From assembly GCF_009914755.1 (NCBI RefSeq), contig NC_060926.1: a DNA stretch of 64,000 nt. The stretch is one strand, 5' to 3'. The notes beneath the pieces were generated by a model. The model saw nothing but the letters and a program-made list of their open reading frames with translations. It did not search any database and had not been told where the DNA came from. A program made the position numbers and the translations under genes. Origin of the DNA: the human T2T-CHM13v2.0 reference genome, Homo sapiens. Shown piece by piece: positions 18,992-33,288 of the stretch. Every line of letters begins with the position of its first letter. Position 1 is the first letter of the stretch.

Positions 18992-20386
18992 TTTTTTTTT
19001 TTTTTTTGGGTTTTGGCAAGTAATTTTTTTTTCTTTTTTTTTTTTTTTTAATTGATCATTCTTGGGTGTTTCTCGCAGAGGGGGATTTGGCAGGGTCATA
19101 GGACAATAGTGGAGGGAAGGTCAGCAGATAAACAAGTGAACAAAGGTCTCTGGTTTTCCTAGGCTGAGGACCCTGCGGCCTTCCGCAGTGTTTGTGTCCC
19201 TGGGTACTTGAGATTAGGGAGTGGTGATGACTCTTAACGAGCATGCTGCCTTCAAGCATCTGTTTAACAAAGCACATCTTGCACCGCCCTTAATCCATTT
19301 AACCCTGAGTGGACACAGCACATGTTTCAGAGAGCACCGGGTTGGGGGCAAGGTCACAGATCAACAGCATCCCAAGGCAGAAGAATTTTTCTTAGTACAG
19401 AACAAAATGGAGTCGCCTATGTCTACTTCCTTCCACACAGACACAGCAACAATCTGATTTCTCTATCTTTTCCCCACATTTCCCCCTTTTCTATTTGACA
19501 AAACCGCCATCGTCATCGTGGCCCGTTCTCAATGAGCTGTTGGGTACACCTTCCAGATGGGGTGGCGGCCGGGCAGAGGGGCTCCTCACTTCCCAGACGG
19601 GGCGGCTCCCAGGCGGAGGGGCTCTTCACTTCCCAGACGGGGCGGCTGCCGGGCGGAGGGGCTCCTCACTTCTCAGACGGGGCGGCCGGGCGGAGACGCT
19701 CCTCACCTCCCAGATGGGTTCGCGGCGGGGCAGAGGCGCTCCTCACATCCCAGATGGGGCGGCGGGGCAGAGGCGCTCCCCACATCTCAGACGATGGGTG
19801 GCCGGGCAGAGACGCTCCTCACTTCCTAGACGGGGTGGTGGCCGGGAAGAGGCGCTCCTCACTTCCCAGACTGGGCAGCCGGGCAGAGGGGCTCCTCACA
19901 TCCCAGACGATTGGTGGCCAGGCAGAGACGCTCCACACTTCCCAGACAGGGTGGCGGCCGGGCAGAGGCTGCAATCTCGGGACTTTGGGAGGCCAAGGCA
20001 GGCGGCTGGGAGGTGGAGGTTGTAGCGAGCCGAGATCACGCCACTGCACTCCAGCCTGGGCAGCACTGAGCACTGAGTGAACGAGACTCCGTCTGCAATA
20101 CCGGCACCCCGGGAGGCCAAGGCTGGCAGACCACTCGCGGCTAGGAGCTGGAGACCAGCCCGGCCAACACAGCGAAACCCCGTCTCCACCAAAAGAACAC
20201 GAAAACCAGTCAGGTGTGGCGGAGCGCGCCTGCAATCAATCGCAGGCACTCGGCAGGCTGAGGCAGGAGAATCAGGCAGGGAGGTTGCAGTGAGCGGAGA
20301 TGGCAGCAGTACAGTCCAGCTTCGGCTTGGCATCGGAGGGAGACCCTGGGGAGAGGGAGAGGGGGAGGGGGAGGGGGAGGGAGAGG
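18992..20386 (-). mobile_element. Full-length SVA, older subfamily (B/C-like), short VNTR
   Basis: Poly(T); SINE-R ~19050-19550; VNTR ~19550-19975; Alu-like ~19975-20345; (CCCTCT)n-like hexamers ~20348-20386; TSD TAAGAGTGAT at 18982-18991 and 20387-20396. Confidence 0.97.
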
Positions 20387-21339
20387 TAAGAGTGATCTTT
20401 TAGGAAATACTTACAGTGGAGAAATATTCCTTTAATATTCAGGAATCACTTCAATTTTGCTTCAGTTTTTTTGTAGTTAAATAAAATTAAAGAATTTTTA
20501 AAGTTAAAATAGCATTTATGTAATGATTTAATTTTAATGAAAGTTGATCTACCTTTCTGAATATATGAATAGACAGTCAACTAGAATAATATTCACATAA
20601 TGTTGATTCTGGCTATTTTTGGGAAGTAAGATTTTAGATAACTTTTTTCTTTGTTAGACTTTTCTATGTCAGTTTAATTTTTATAATGAGCACACATCAT
20701 TTTTAACAAAATGATAAAGGCTTTCTTCTTAACAAAGCTACAGTCATTACTAATGTGAGGAGGCAGAGATTTTTAAAAAATATTATAAATATTATGGAAT
20801 ATCTTTAATTAATGCAAAAGCTTGAATTTCTAGAACAAATCTCTTTAGCAACTCTTTTTAATGTATTAATTATGTTTGCTATTTTACATATCTCCTTTCT
20901 GTTTTCCTGTCATGATTAGCAGTATTCAAGAGTGAATATTTTTAGATAGCAAAATTAAGGAGGTGTTTTCACTCCAAGTTCTTGCGTAGGCCAGGATCTC
21001 CAAGAAGCAGAGGAGGTGGTGACAGCTTTGAAGAGAAAAAGATGCAGATTGCTTTCCAGATTATGGAAAGAAAGAGACAAACCTGTGGGTTATCTGTCTG
21101 GGATTGATAAAAGAATGTACCAGACGTATCAAAATGCTATCCCCTCAGAGCCGCACACAGCCTAGAACCTGTACTGCCCTAAAATGGTGTTTTCTAGCAT
21201 ACAACATATCTTCCTGGCCATAGCTTATTGGATTAGGAGTGGGCACTTTTATCTAGGGTAGCCAGTATTTCATCTGGTTGGTGACCACCTATATGGCTTG
21301 GCTTAATGATATGATGCATAAACCTCTGGGGCATGCTCC

Positions 21340-21814
21340 TGTCCCTGATTGGGCTCCAGGGAAGCTGACTCTGTGAGGGAGATCAGTGTATAGGAAGTTT
21401 ATCAGGAGTGCTGTTGAGATCAACATCTATGCAAGAAGAGAGGCGGGAAAGGGAGGGGAAGAGAGTAGCAGGAAGGGATAGGAGCAGGAGTGGGCAGAGG
21501 GAGAAATTGAATGGTGATGTAGTCTCAATTCAGGGCTGAGCAGATACCACAGCAGGTCCTACAGCTGAGATGACCCTTCAGAGGTGTCCTGAGTTGGGAC
21601 AACAGGACTGGGCCTTTATCCTCTTTCTCAGTCAGTTCCAGCTGCCCTGGAGGGGGACATGACCTTGGATGAGGCAGCTCTCTTCAGCTGAAGCAACCTC
21701 TCTGTAGGGGGCTGACAGCTGGGGGCTATCTGCAAGCAGCACTCCCAGGGGCTAGGGCAGAAATCTCTTCATTTCTGAAAGGGATCTGGGTGGCACAGCT
21801 CAGTGCCCGCTGCA
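21340..21814 (-). mobile_element. LTR16(C)-like ERVL solo LTR
   Basis: GACCTTGGATGAGGCAGCTCTCTTCAGCTG, GGGATCTGGGTGGCACAGC, GGGCAGAGGGAGAAATTGA; GCTC(C/T) 5-bp flanks. Confidence 0.8.
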
Positions 21815-22589
21815 GCTCTTTTCATCTTTTGGCTGTAGTTTGAACCTCTGTTTTGGGATTTAAAGTAGGTAACAAAGTGTGCATTATCATTGTCCTTGGG
21901 AGAGAGTAAAAGTCACTGTGAAGAAGGGGCCATCGAGGCCATTATGAGGCACACAGAGTTAATGTCATGAAACAGAAGCTGTGAGTACACAAGGAAGCTG
22001 CTTGAAGCAGGAAGCTGGTGTGACGCACAAGAGAGCAGAGGTGTGTCACCAAGCACTCCAATGACATAGCTGGAATTAGGGTGTATGAGATCTTGTGGCT
22101 GAGCCCTTAGAGACACTTCGAGCTCCAGTGTGTCTTTTTATTTTATATAGATGACATTTTCTTTGTGGTTCTACATATATTCTTTCTTTAGATGGTAGCT
22201 TAAATATCTGAAATTCTGTGGTGACTTACGTGTACATAATCCCATGCGTGAATACAAGGAACTCAGAGAAGATCAAGATACACAGACCATACTGTTTTCT
22301 GGGCCATTTATCTATGTCTCTGTTGTTGTAATAACATGGCCCCAGGCAATGCAGGATGATAAAAAGTTTAGGTCTGTATTCAATGGCCTTTTATCACATT
22401 GATCCAACTCCATTTCTATGTTCTTGCTCTGTGGCACTCATTCCTAAATTGTGCATATGTTTACGTTGTATGCTGGAACAAAAAATTCCTACAACAGATA
22501 TTTAGTTAATAAATATCCTGAGAGTATTTAGTTAAATAAATGAGATGGAGCACTATTTGTTATTGACCTTCATAATACTATGAAGAATA

Positions 22590-22846
22590 TAAGCATTATT
22601 CTGTATCTATTACATGCCAAACACTAAGCAAAGGCCTTTACATACGTTATTTCAATGAACACATGAACACCATTATGGTAGGGAAGTTTTTTTTTTTTTT
22701 TTTTTTTTAAATCCCCTTTTTACAAATGAGGAAAGTGAAGCTTAGGCAATTTAAGCATCTCACTAAAGGTTACAGGGTTAGTAAGTGGTAGAACCAGCAC
22801 TTCAACTAGGCAGCTTAACTCAAGACTGTGTGCTTAACTATACACT
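22590..22846 (-). mobile_element. MIR
   Basis: MIR core TTTTACAAATGAGGAAAGTGAAGCTTAGG...AAGGTTACAG..GTAAGTGGTAGAACCAG. Confidence 0.8.
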
Positions 22847-25800
22847 CCTCCGCATCGTAGATCTAAAGGATTGTAATCCTTATGTCAGCAGTGCTGGGCT
22901 TTTGATGGGGTCATGGGTGGTGGTCTGGCAAGCTCTGTTCTCCTCATCCAGGGGCTGTTCTGTCTGAAATTCAACCCTTTGAAGTTTCCTCTTCATGCTC
23001 TTCTCTCAGCTGTCCTCTTTTAAGGGGCAGAAATTTTACAGGACACCAGACGGCTGAATTAATTCTCACCAAGATGTTATTGTATTTTTGAAACAATTTA
23101 ATCCTATAAAACCACCCTCAGATATTGGATGTCTGGGAGTCTAGGGCACACTGAAGAGAGGTGACAAAGTTGAAGGGCACTGGAGACAGATTCACCTTGG
23201 AGGCATTTTCCCTACCATTGACTCTATTTAAAGAAAAGCTTGTGCATAGTCCATCTTTTTGAGAACACAGAAGATAAATCCAGGTGAATTTTAAAAGTTG
23301 GATGCATTCCAAATAAGGTTTATTTTACTTATTTTGTAAATCAACGTATTATAATTGGTAAAATATGCTCACATACAATTTTGGGAGAATGGTGGTGGTT
23401 CTGAGCTGTACTTCAACTCCTTCCTGTCAGTGTTCTTTTGTTGCTGAAACAAGACCCTTCAGGTGGTGGCAGCAGTGTAGTTTGTTACTTTAAATGCTAA
23501 GGCCTGTGCTAGGCAGTTGCCTAGCAACCCTTGTCTCTTTTGTATTCCTTTGTAAGGAGGGTTTTTTTTTGTATTGTACAATGCAAAATTTTGTATTTGT
23601 ATTTATTGACAATTTAAAATGAGATTCTTATGTGTGTGTTAGAATACAACAAATTCTATATGAGCCCATCAAACCCCCTGAGTAATAATTATGAGACAGC
23701 CAAGCTTTATTTGGTGAAACTACAAACACTAACAGGCCCACAATTATTTCAGAATCCTGCTGGAAAGCATAAAGGTCCCAAAGAGTGAGCGGCATCTAAT
23801 GGAACTGGGTGTTTCTTACGAAATGTTGCTTTTTAAATACATAGACTATTAGTGTTTTCATGGACTACATGTACTTTTATTGAAGATATTATCCAAAGTT
23901 GCTTAGTACTCCAAGCTACAGCAATAAAAAAGATACAAAACAATATAAAACGTGTAGAATATCTTTCATTATTTTTTCCCAGAACTTATGAACACAGTGA
24001 CTTGCTATTTGTTATGTTGTTAACTCCGAATGAGGAAACCCTTAGGTTTTTATGTGATTTAAATTCTAATTTTCATTTTTTAAATTGGCTTTCCTTGGTT
24101 CTCAAGGGTTCCACAGGTTGATATCTAGAAGGCTTGAGAACTGATCTTCCGTAACTATTCATGTCGGAAGCCATGATCTTTTTAAAGCCTGGGAAAACTA
24201 GATTCTGATCTGCGGAGATAATCTTATGGCAAATATTTAGCTGCCCCAAACATAGAAGCTAAGTTTTTGTAAACAGTGAAACCTAAATATAGAGTTGAAA
24301 CAGAGTTTAAGGTCTTCACCAGAACAAAAGATTCCCAATTAAGTAAAGTCAGGATCAAATAGAAGAATATTTTTAGAAGTTAATGTGATCCTCTCAGTAA
24401 CATGGAGCTAGTATTAAACAGTGCTCAGAAACGTTCACATTCTCTTACGTTTGACAGGTTGTTGGTATATGATACGACTGGTTATAGAAACAGCCATGTT
24501 AAGCACATTCTCTAACTGGTCTACCCAAATGTTCTGGGGCGGAAGCAAGAAACAATGGATCATTCATTTGCCAGTGGCTCATTTGGAACAACCTCTCATC
24601 TGCAATATGAGAATTTTGTTTACTATACATTCTAAAAATAAGATAGGACTTGAATAAAACAGTGGAGGGAAGCCCTCTTTGTCAGTACTGCCCCAGAGCT
24701 TGCCCAGTAGGGGCTATGTTGCTAGGGGTCAGCCACGTGGAGATTCAAGAAGGTCCCAGGTGACAAGAAAAAGGAAGCTAAATTAACCGATGTTCAGAAA
24801 AGACCTAAGGTTGATGTTTATTCCATTATGCTCTAACCCAGTGACCAACACCTCCATGATTTTGGCAAACTGAGTTTGTGTGTATGTGTGCACGTGTGGT
24901 GACCTCTTGCTTTTCATTCATTTCCTGTTTGCAGTTTTTATAACTTTTAAATGTTTTTTCTCCCTTCATCCTACTGTAGATAATCATCCTGAATAAGTTT
25001 TGCAGATAGGAAAATGTGTGTGTGTGTATGGGCATGACTGAGGAAAGACAAGAACGTGAGGTTAGTAGGTGATTCATAGCAGTGTCTATCCATTCATCCT
25101 TTTGAGTTGACTTATGAACGTAGCATGTCTTTGAAAAATTATATTCATAGGCGGTATGGGTGAGGAAAGATTCTGAATTTGAGAATTATCTGATTTTTAT
25201 TCCTTCATACTTTAGGAGGGAGAGACATGGAATGAGGCAGCTCTCTTCATGGAGTCAGTTACGCTTAAATATCTAAATCTTTTGGATAGGGAGAACTACT
25301 TGACTTACTAGATGCAATGCCCTATTATAAGAGCCATGGATAAATAAGTGTGACATTGGAATCAAGTTCCCTTTCTTCTGTTCTTGAACAGAAAAAAAAA
25401 ATAAGAGACACTTGAAGTCTTCCCAGTCAAACATGCGTCAACATTAGTTCCTGAATTTCATGAGCTCGTTGGCTGTTGCTTGACTCACAGGTGGACCTCA
25501 GCCCACTTTTAAAGCTTTCTACTTTTTATGTATTTCTTAGAGTTCTCAGAAGAAGTCTTCTGTGTTCTCACAGATCAGCCCTTTTGCTCCTTTCTGCTCC
25601 TGGGCTAGTCCATGTCACGCCGTTGCTTCCAAGATGACTTCCATGTGAGGAGACGTTGCTGCTTTGCTCTGGGACTCTGTTTATCTAGGCTGATGGTCTC
25701 CTGGGGCCAGTGTGCTGCTTGGAAATCCCTTCCTCTGGTGTAGATTCCTTAGGATGGTCTAGTCGCAAATTCTCTTGGTCCTCATACTGCTGCAACATTG

Positions 25801-26579
25801 TAGCAGTCTGCTCAGAAGGGTTGCAGTAGACAACTGGTTTTGCTCATCCAATTCTCATTTTCTTCATCTCATTTTTTTTTTTTTCCTGTGGGGAGCTATG
25901 CCTCCCTCTTCCATGTGGTCTAGTGGGATTGTCAATAGCAGTGTCTTACATACATGGCCTGTGGGTGTCCTCATGCCCCAAACTAGGACTAGCTGACTTC
26001 TCTAGGAAATTTGTACCTTGACGGGAGGGACACATTATTAGAAGGAAGTTGTTATTCCAATGGAATTGCCTTAAAAAGATAGTCTATGTGTTTTTGACAG
26101 TGATCCCTTGGGCTACGCTGATTTCTGTCCTTCCTGGGTTTACATGGATTATGGCTGAAATATCCAGAGTCAGTTTGGATTGCTTAAAACCAAGGAACTG
26201 TTGCTGATGCTGAAGAGGAATGCTTACTTCCCTGATCACTTAGGGTTAGTTGTGACAGATTGCTCAGTTTTTAAAGAGTTAGAAGATTTAATGAGATGCT
26301 CTTTTTGGTTATAATGATAACTTCTGTCTTTCCAGAGGATCTGCTGGTTTCCGAGGTGACTGGGGTGGAATGGGTTCAGGGGATACCCCTCCAAGCCCAG
26401 GCCCTGTTACTAAGGCTCTCTTGTACCGTGATTCTCCACTGAGGGCACAAGGTCCAGTGGGGCAAATAATTGCCTGGAGATACAAGTAATTTGAGAAAGT
26501 GTATTGAATATTATATAGATACGTGAGTTACAAGTTGGAAAAATTTGACATATACAACCATGTGGTAAGCATATACCAT

Positions 26580-26880
26580 GCTTCCACCACAACTTCTCTC
26601 TTATTCAACTCCATTTTACAAATTCAAAACATTATAGGATCTGAAGATATAAATGTATTCTATATGTTAACTGTTCTTGAAGCACTCACCATTCAGCAGC
26701 AGAAAGAACCAGCTTAAACAACTCACTTTAATAAAAGTGCATGATTAGAGGCAAGTGCAAAATGTCCTGGGAGCTCAGGGAATATTAATTCTTCCTGTGT
26801 TTGGTTCGTGAAGGAAGACTTCCTGGAGGAGGTGACTTCTGGATTGGAATTTGAAGATCAGTAGGAATCTACTGGGCTAA
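26580..26880 (-). mobile_element. L2 fragment
   Basis: GGAAGACTTCCTGGAGGAGGTGAC...TTGAAGATCAGTAGGA L2 motif. Confidence 0.6.
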
Positions 26881-27035
26881 AGCTCTCCTTGCCCTGCTCA
26901 GAGTCTGACACCCTATGCCAAACAGTGTGGACTCCTATCACTAGTGTGAAGGGTAGTTGGGCATTCTGCTTGGTGTCACCTAATGACTTTTACACTGAAT
27001 AGTCCAAGAAGGGAATGAACGGATGTGATCCAAAA

Positions 27036-27160
27036 GTAGGGAAGGGGATGGAAGGGAAATGAAGGGAGGGAAAAGCAGGAGAAGGGTGGGGATTAGAGAG
27101 GAAAATGAAGGGAGTGAAGAGGAGTGGAGGAGAGGAGAAGAAGGAAATGAGAAGAGGGAA
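27036..27160. repeat. Purine-rich (GA-rich) low-complexity tract
   Basis: ~125 bp almost entirely A/G on the + strand. Confidence 0.85.
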
Positions 27161-27969
27161 ATTGTGTTTTAGCTTTTCAGTTCTTTCGTTTTTAGCTGGT
27201 GCTTATTATTCCATTGCACGAAAAGCCCACAGTTTATCCATTCTTCTAATGAGGAAAAGTTAGCTTATTTCTGTATTGCTCTTAAACATGTGGATCAGCT
27301 TTTAATGTACATGCAGTTATGAGAACACTGGAAGATAACTAGCATTAAACTTTAGTTAACTGTGGTCTCCTTTGCATATTTTCCATGTGTGAATCTACAA
27401 CATTTTTTCTCTTGCTTGGGAACAGCCTTGAATTTTAAAACAAATTCATTAGGTTATTTAATCTTATAGATCTATATTTGAACATTCTTTGGATATCTCC
27501 TCATGTTAGACTGGATGCATTAGATAAACCTGGATTTTAAAAAAATGATATTGGATGTATACTTTAACAATTAAAATAAAAACTTCTACACTCTAAGTTT
27601 GGATTTTGCTTGCAGTTCTAATTCTTATTGGAACTTGTGTACTTCATTTAAAACTACATGAGACTCCTGGGAAAAGTATTTTTAAGGCATGGCTCAGAGA
27701 GGTGGATGAAGGCTGAGAGTGAAATAGCTAAAATTAAACATTCCTGGGGAGGTTTTTAAATGTCTTATAGAAATTTCTTCACTTTTAATGGACATATTTT
27801 TCAAAAATAGGATATTTTGAAGGATGCTAAACTTTTATGTAAAAGTATATGTTTCATTAAAAGGATATTATCTTATTTTGAAATTAAGCTAGGTCTTCCC
27901 CAGTTTCAGCAAAGCCTTTAGGGCTCTGTGTATTTCTTTGTTCACTCTTTTCCTTACTCATCTCTCTCT

Positions 27970-28490
27970 CCTTCATTCACTCAGCAAATATTTGTTGATC
28001 ACCTACTATGTACAAAGCACTGTTCTAGTTGCTGGGGTTATAGCACTAAACAAAAGAAACAAAAATCGTTGCTCTCAGGAACTTATGTGCTACTGGGAGA
28101 GAGAGAGAATAAGCAAGAAAACAGCTGTATATGTTTAAGTAAGATGTATACATTAGATTGTGATAAGTGTAATGGAGTAAAGCAAGGAAGGGGAATAGGC
28201 AGTGTTGGGGTGTGATGGGACAACCTTAGATAAGGTAGTGACATCTGCAATGAGATGGTAACGTGGGAAGGAAATTCTGGGCCAAGGTAGCAAGCGCAAA
28301 GGAATGTGAGATGCAAATGTCCCTGACAGGTTTAAGGAAGAGCAAGGAGGTGAGTGTGGCTCACAGAGGAATGGAAGGAAGGGTAGGAGGAGACAAGTCA
28401 CAGTGTTAATGGGGATGGAAGTGCAGGGCATATAGGGCCTTGTAGATCACAATAGTGACATTGCAGTTTGCATTGAGTGAGACAGAAAGG
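27970..28490 (-). mobile_element. L2 3' end
   Basis: TTCATTCACTCAGCAAATATTTGTTGATCACCTACTATGT...CACTGTTCTAG. Confidence 0.85.
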
Positions 28491-28537
28491 GAAAGCCATC
28501 ATCCTGACTTCTTGTACTTGATCTTTCTCACTTCTAA

Positions 28538-28646
28538 TGATCTATGGTTCGAATGCATGTATACCTCCAAAATTCATATGTTGGAACTTAAACCTCAAGG
28601 TAATGGTACTAAGTGAGACCTTTGAGAGGTGATTAGGCCATAAAAG
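28538..28646 (+). mobile_element. MST/MLT1A-type LTR 5' fragment
   Basis: CTATGGTTCGAATG...CCAAAATTCATATGTTGGAAC...GAGAGGTGATTAGGCCAT. Confidence 0.7.
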
Positions 28647-28649
28647 ATG

Positions 28650-28960
28650 ACGCATTTCGTAAAATGTCTTTTAGTATCTCACAGGAAGACTATGTGATTT
28701 ATCTCCTTCATGCTTACTGTGATGAATCTATTAATACGTATTGACTATTTTGTCACTCTTGGAATGAAGCTATTCTGTTGTAGCGTGTAATTCTTTCACT
28801 ATACTCTCTAACCTTCTTAGTTTATATTTTAATTGGTTTTTCTAATATTTATAAATGAAATTTGCATGTTTTTTTGGTGCATTCCTTTTCAGGTTTTGAT
28901 ATATGATATGCCGGCTTTTAAAAATTAAGTGTTGTTTCTTCCTTTCTCCATTTTCTTTGA
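28650..28960 (-). mobile_element. Ancient L1M ORF2 fragment
   Basis: Degenerate antisense L1 motifs (ATATTTATAAATGAAATTTG, TCAGGTTTTGATAT). Confidence 0.5.
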
Positions 28961-29027
28961 TAATATATTGTTTTTATAAAAATGATTACTATTTCTTATA
29001 AGTAATTCAAGTTTGAAAGAAAAACAA

Positions 29028-29352
<325 letters not shown>

Positions 29353-30215
29353 CTATCATTCATTCAAAAATAACTGTCATTAACATTAGATGGACCTACC
29401 AGATATTTTTTGATGTGTATGTATTGTTTTTCTGTATGTGTGTGTATTGTTTTTCTGTGTGTGTATAAAAAACTGTTCCTGGAACATAGTAAGTGCTCAA
29501 GTAATGATATTTGTTGATTGAACAAGTAGAACATTAGATGGAATGAATTTTGCAAACATGGAGTCAAACTAAATTCTATTTTTATTTTTAAATTGTATTA
29601 ATATATATTTTAAATAAAAAGTAACAAAATTAATTTTACAAAAACGAAAATAAATAACTGAAATAACTGAAACTGTAGGCAATTTAGAAATTTAGGTGAA
29701 GTTTTGTTTTTGTAAAGTATTAATTTCTAAAAGAGCCCTATATTGTTCAAGAAAAACAATGGCATGATGAAAGGAAGGTTTGATTTATTACATTTACTTT
29801 TACTTACTTTTTACTCAATTTATAGATGAAATTGATTGATAACATTTAAATATGCTTTTTATCTCATTTTCTATTAGCTTTATGTTATTTTACATTATAT
29901 TTATTTTGCTTAATTTCTATTCTTTACTCATTTTCCAGTTTGCTTTAGCTGTATTACCATAATTTAATACTTTCAATACTTACCAGTCGTCCTTTTAACC
30001 AGCCTTCTTTATTCATCTCAGTTGCCTTGCTTGCACTGTTCAGGAGAATTTGCAAGAAAGTCTTGTGGGTGCTGAACTCCCTGAGTTCTTTCATGTTGAG
30101 AACATTATAATTATTCAACCTCTTCCTGGATAGGTTCTTGATTTTCACATTCCCTCAGAACTTTGCATATATTGTTAATATCTTCTGGTAGTGAATATTT
30201 CTGTGGAGAGGTCTA

Positions 30216-30300
30216 AGGCCATCCTGTTTTTAAGTTTTATTTCATTTTATTTTATTATTAGGCCATCCGTTTTTAAGTTTTATCTCATTTTATTATTATT
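30216..30300. repeat. Tandem duplication, ~44-bp unit x2
   Basis: AGGCCATCC(T)GTTTTTAAGTTTTAT(T/C)TCATTTTATT... occurs twice. Confidence 0.9.
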
Positions 30301-30529
30301 TTCTAATGATTCCTTAGAGTTTCTGTAAGAGAGGAGGACCCCCTGTATCCACATTTTCACCCACCCCTCTCTTCCCCAAAGCCTTTCCCACTCTGTCTGA
30401 TCACAAACGGGAAACAATAAGGCCATCTCTCAGCTTCTGGTCTTATTAGGGTAGACAGATACCCTGTCATGATACTGTCGTCTTGCAGTCACTCAGTCCA
30501 CTTCTCTGTGAATTGAGGCTATTCGTGTG

Positions 30530-30634
30530 ACTTAAAATTGAATTTCAGAAAAACAGTGAATCCTTTTTTAGTATAAGTGTGTCCAAATGCAACTGGACAT
30601 CCTGTGATTTTATTAGCGAAATCTGGCAACCTTA
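30530..30634. mobile_element. MER53 fragment, internally deleted
   Basis: TTGAATTTCAGAAAAACA...TTTTTAGTATAAGT and terminus AAATCTGGCAACCTTA. Confidence 0.7.
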
Positions 30635-31499
30635 GGTACTACTTGTTTTCTGGCCTTAGGTGGGGTGTGAGTGGGTGAAGAGAACTTGCCTGGGGCCTTG
30701 CAATATTCCTTCTCTCCCCTGGCTTACTATTCTCTCAGACGATCTCATTTCATTAATTTTCTCATCTGTTTTCAACCCTGCTGAGTCCTTGTTCCTTGCT
30801 GGGGATGATTACGTCTGGGTGGAAGTAATAAATACACCTTCCCTGTCTGCGTTTCACCTGGCCTGTGGAGATGGTAGCTGCATTCCTCCCTCCTCACTGG
30901 GAGCCTAGAGAAAGTTGGCCAGGGCTTCTTCCCCTCAGAATTAGTTTGTTCAAGTCTTTCCAGGGAATGTCGTCTTCTCGGTCACTCAGTTCGCTTGTCT
31001 GTGAACTGGGGCTATTAGTGTAACTTCTCAACCTATCTTGCATCTGAACTCCCTCGCACCTCTTGTGATGTGGACTAAAGGTCCCACTGCACCATGCCAC
31101 ACCATACCAGCGTTTTGCCTCTTTTCTTCTGGAAATTTATGGCAGAAATTTGGGTTCTTACTTGTTTGTGTGTGTGTTTATTCAAACACATACACACAAA
31201 TTCTTGTTTGGAATTTCATGTTTTTGTCCTAGTTTTTTTTTTCTAATTTTTTGAGGGTTTCGACATTTTTAGAAAGAAAATATATGCACTTTAAAATTAT
31301 CTTAGTTTTCCTTGTATCAGTTATCACTTATCTTTCTCATTCTTAAATTTGTGTATTTGTGTTTTATCTCTTTTTACAGATCTTTGGTAGCATAGTGGTA
31401 TATTTAGTTTATTTATCCCCCTACCCCACCCCCACCTCCCACAGGACTAGCTCTTGTATTTATCAATCACTTCTTTTTTGTTTTCCAATTCATTAATTA

Positions 31500-33288
<1,789 letters not shown>

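Noticed and set aside
19495-20403. Long overlapping ORFs (up to 182 aa)
   Set aside because: Stop-poor GC-rich SVA VNTR and Alu-like sequence; not genes.
25685-25798. Minus-strand 37-aa ORF MLQQYEDQENLRLDHPKE... with A at -3
   Set aside because: No recognisable homology, promoter or splice context; length expected by chance.
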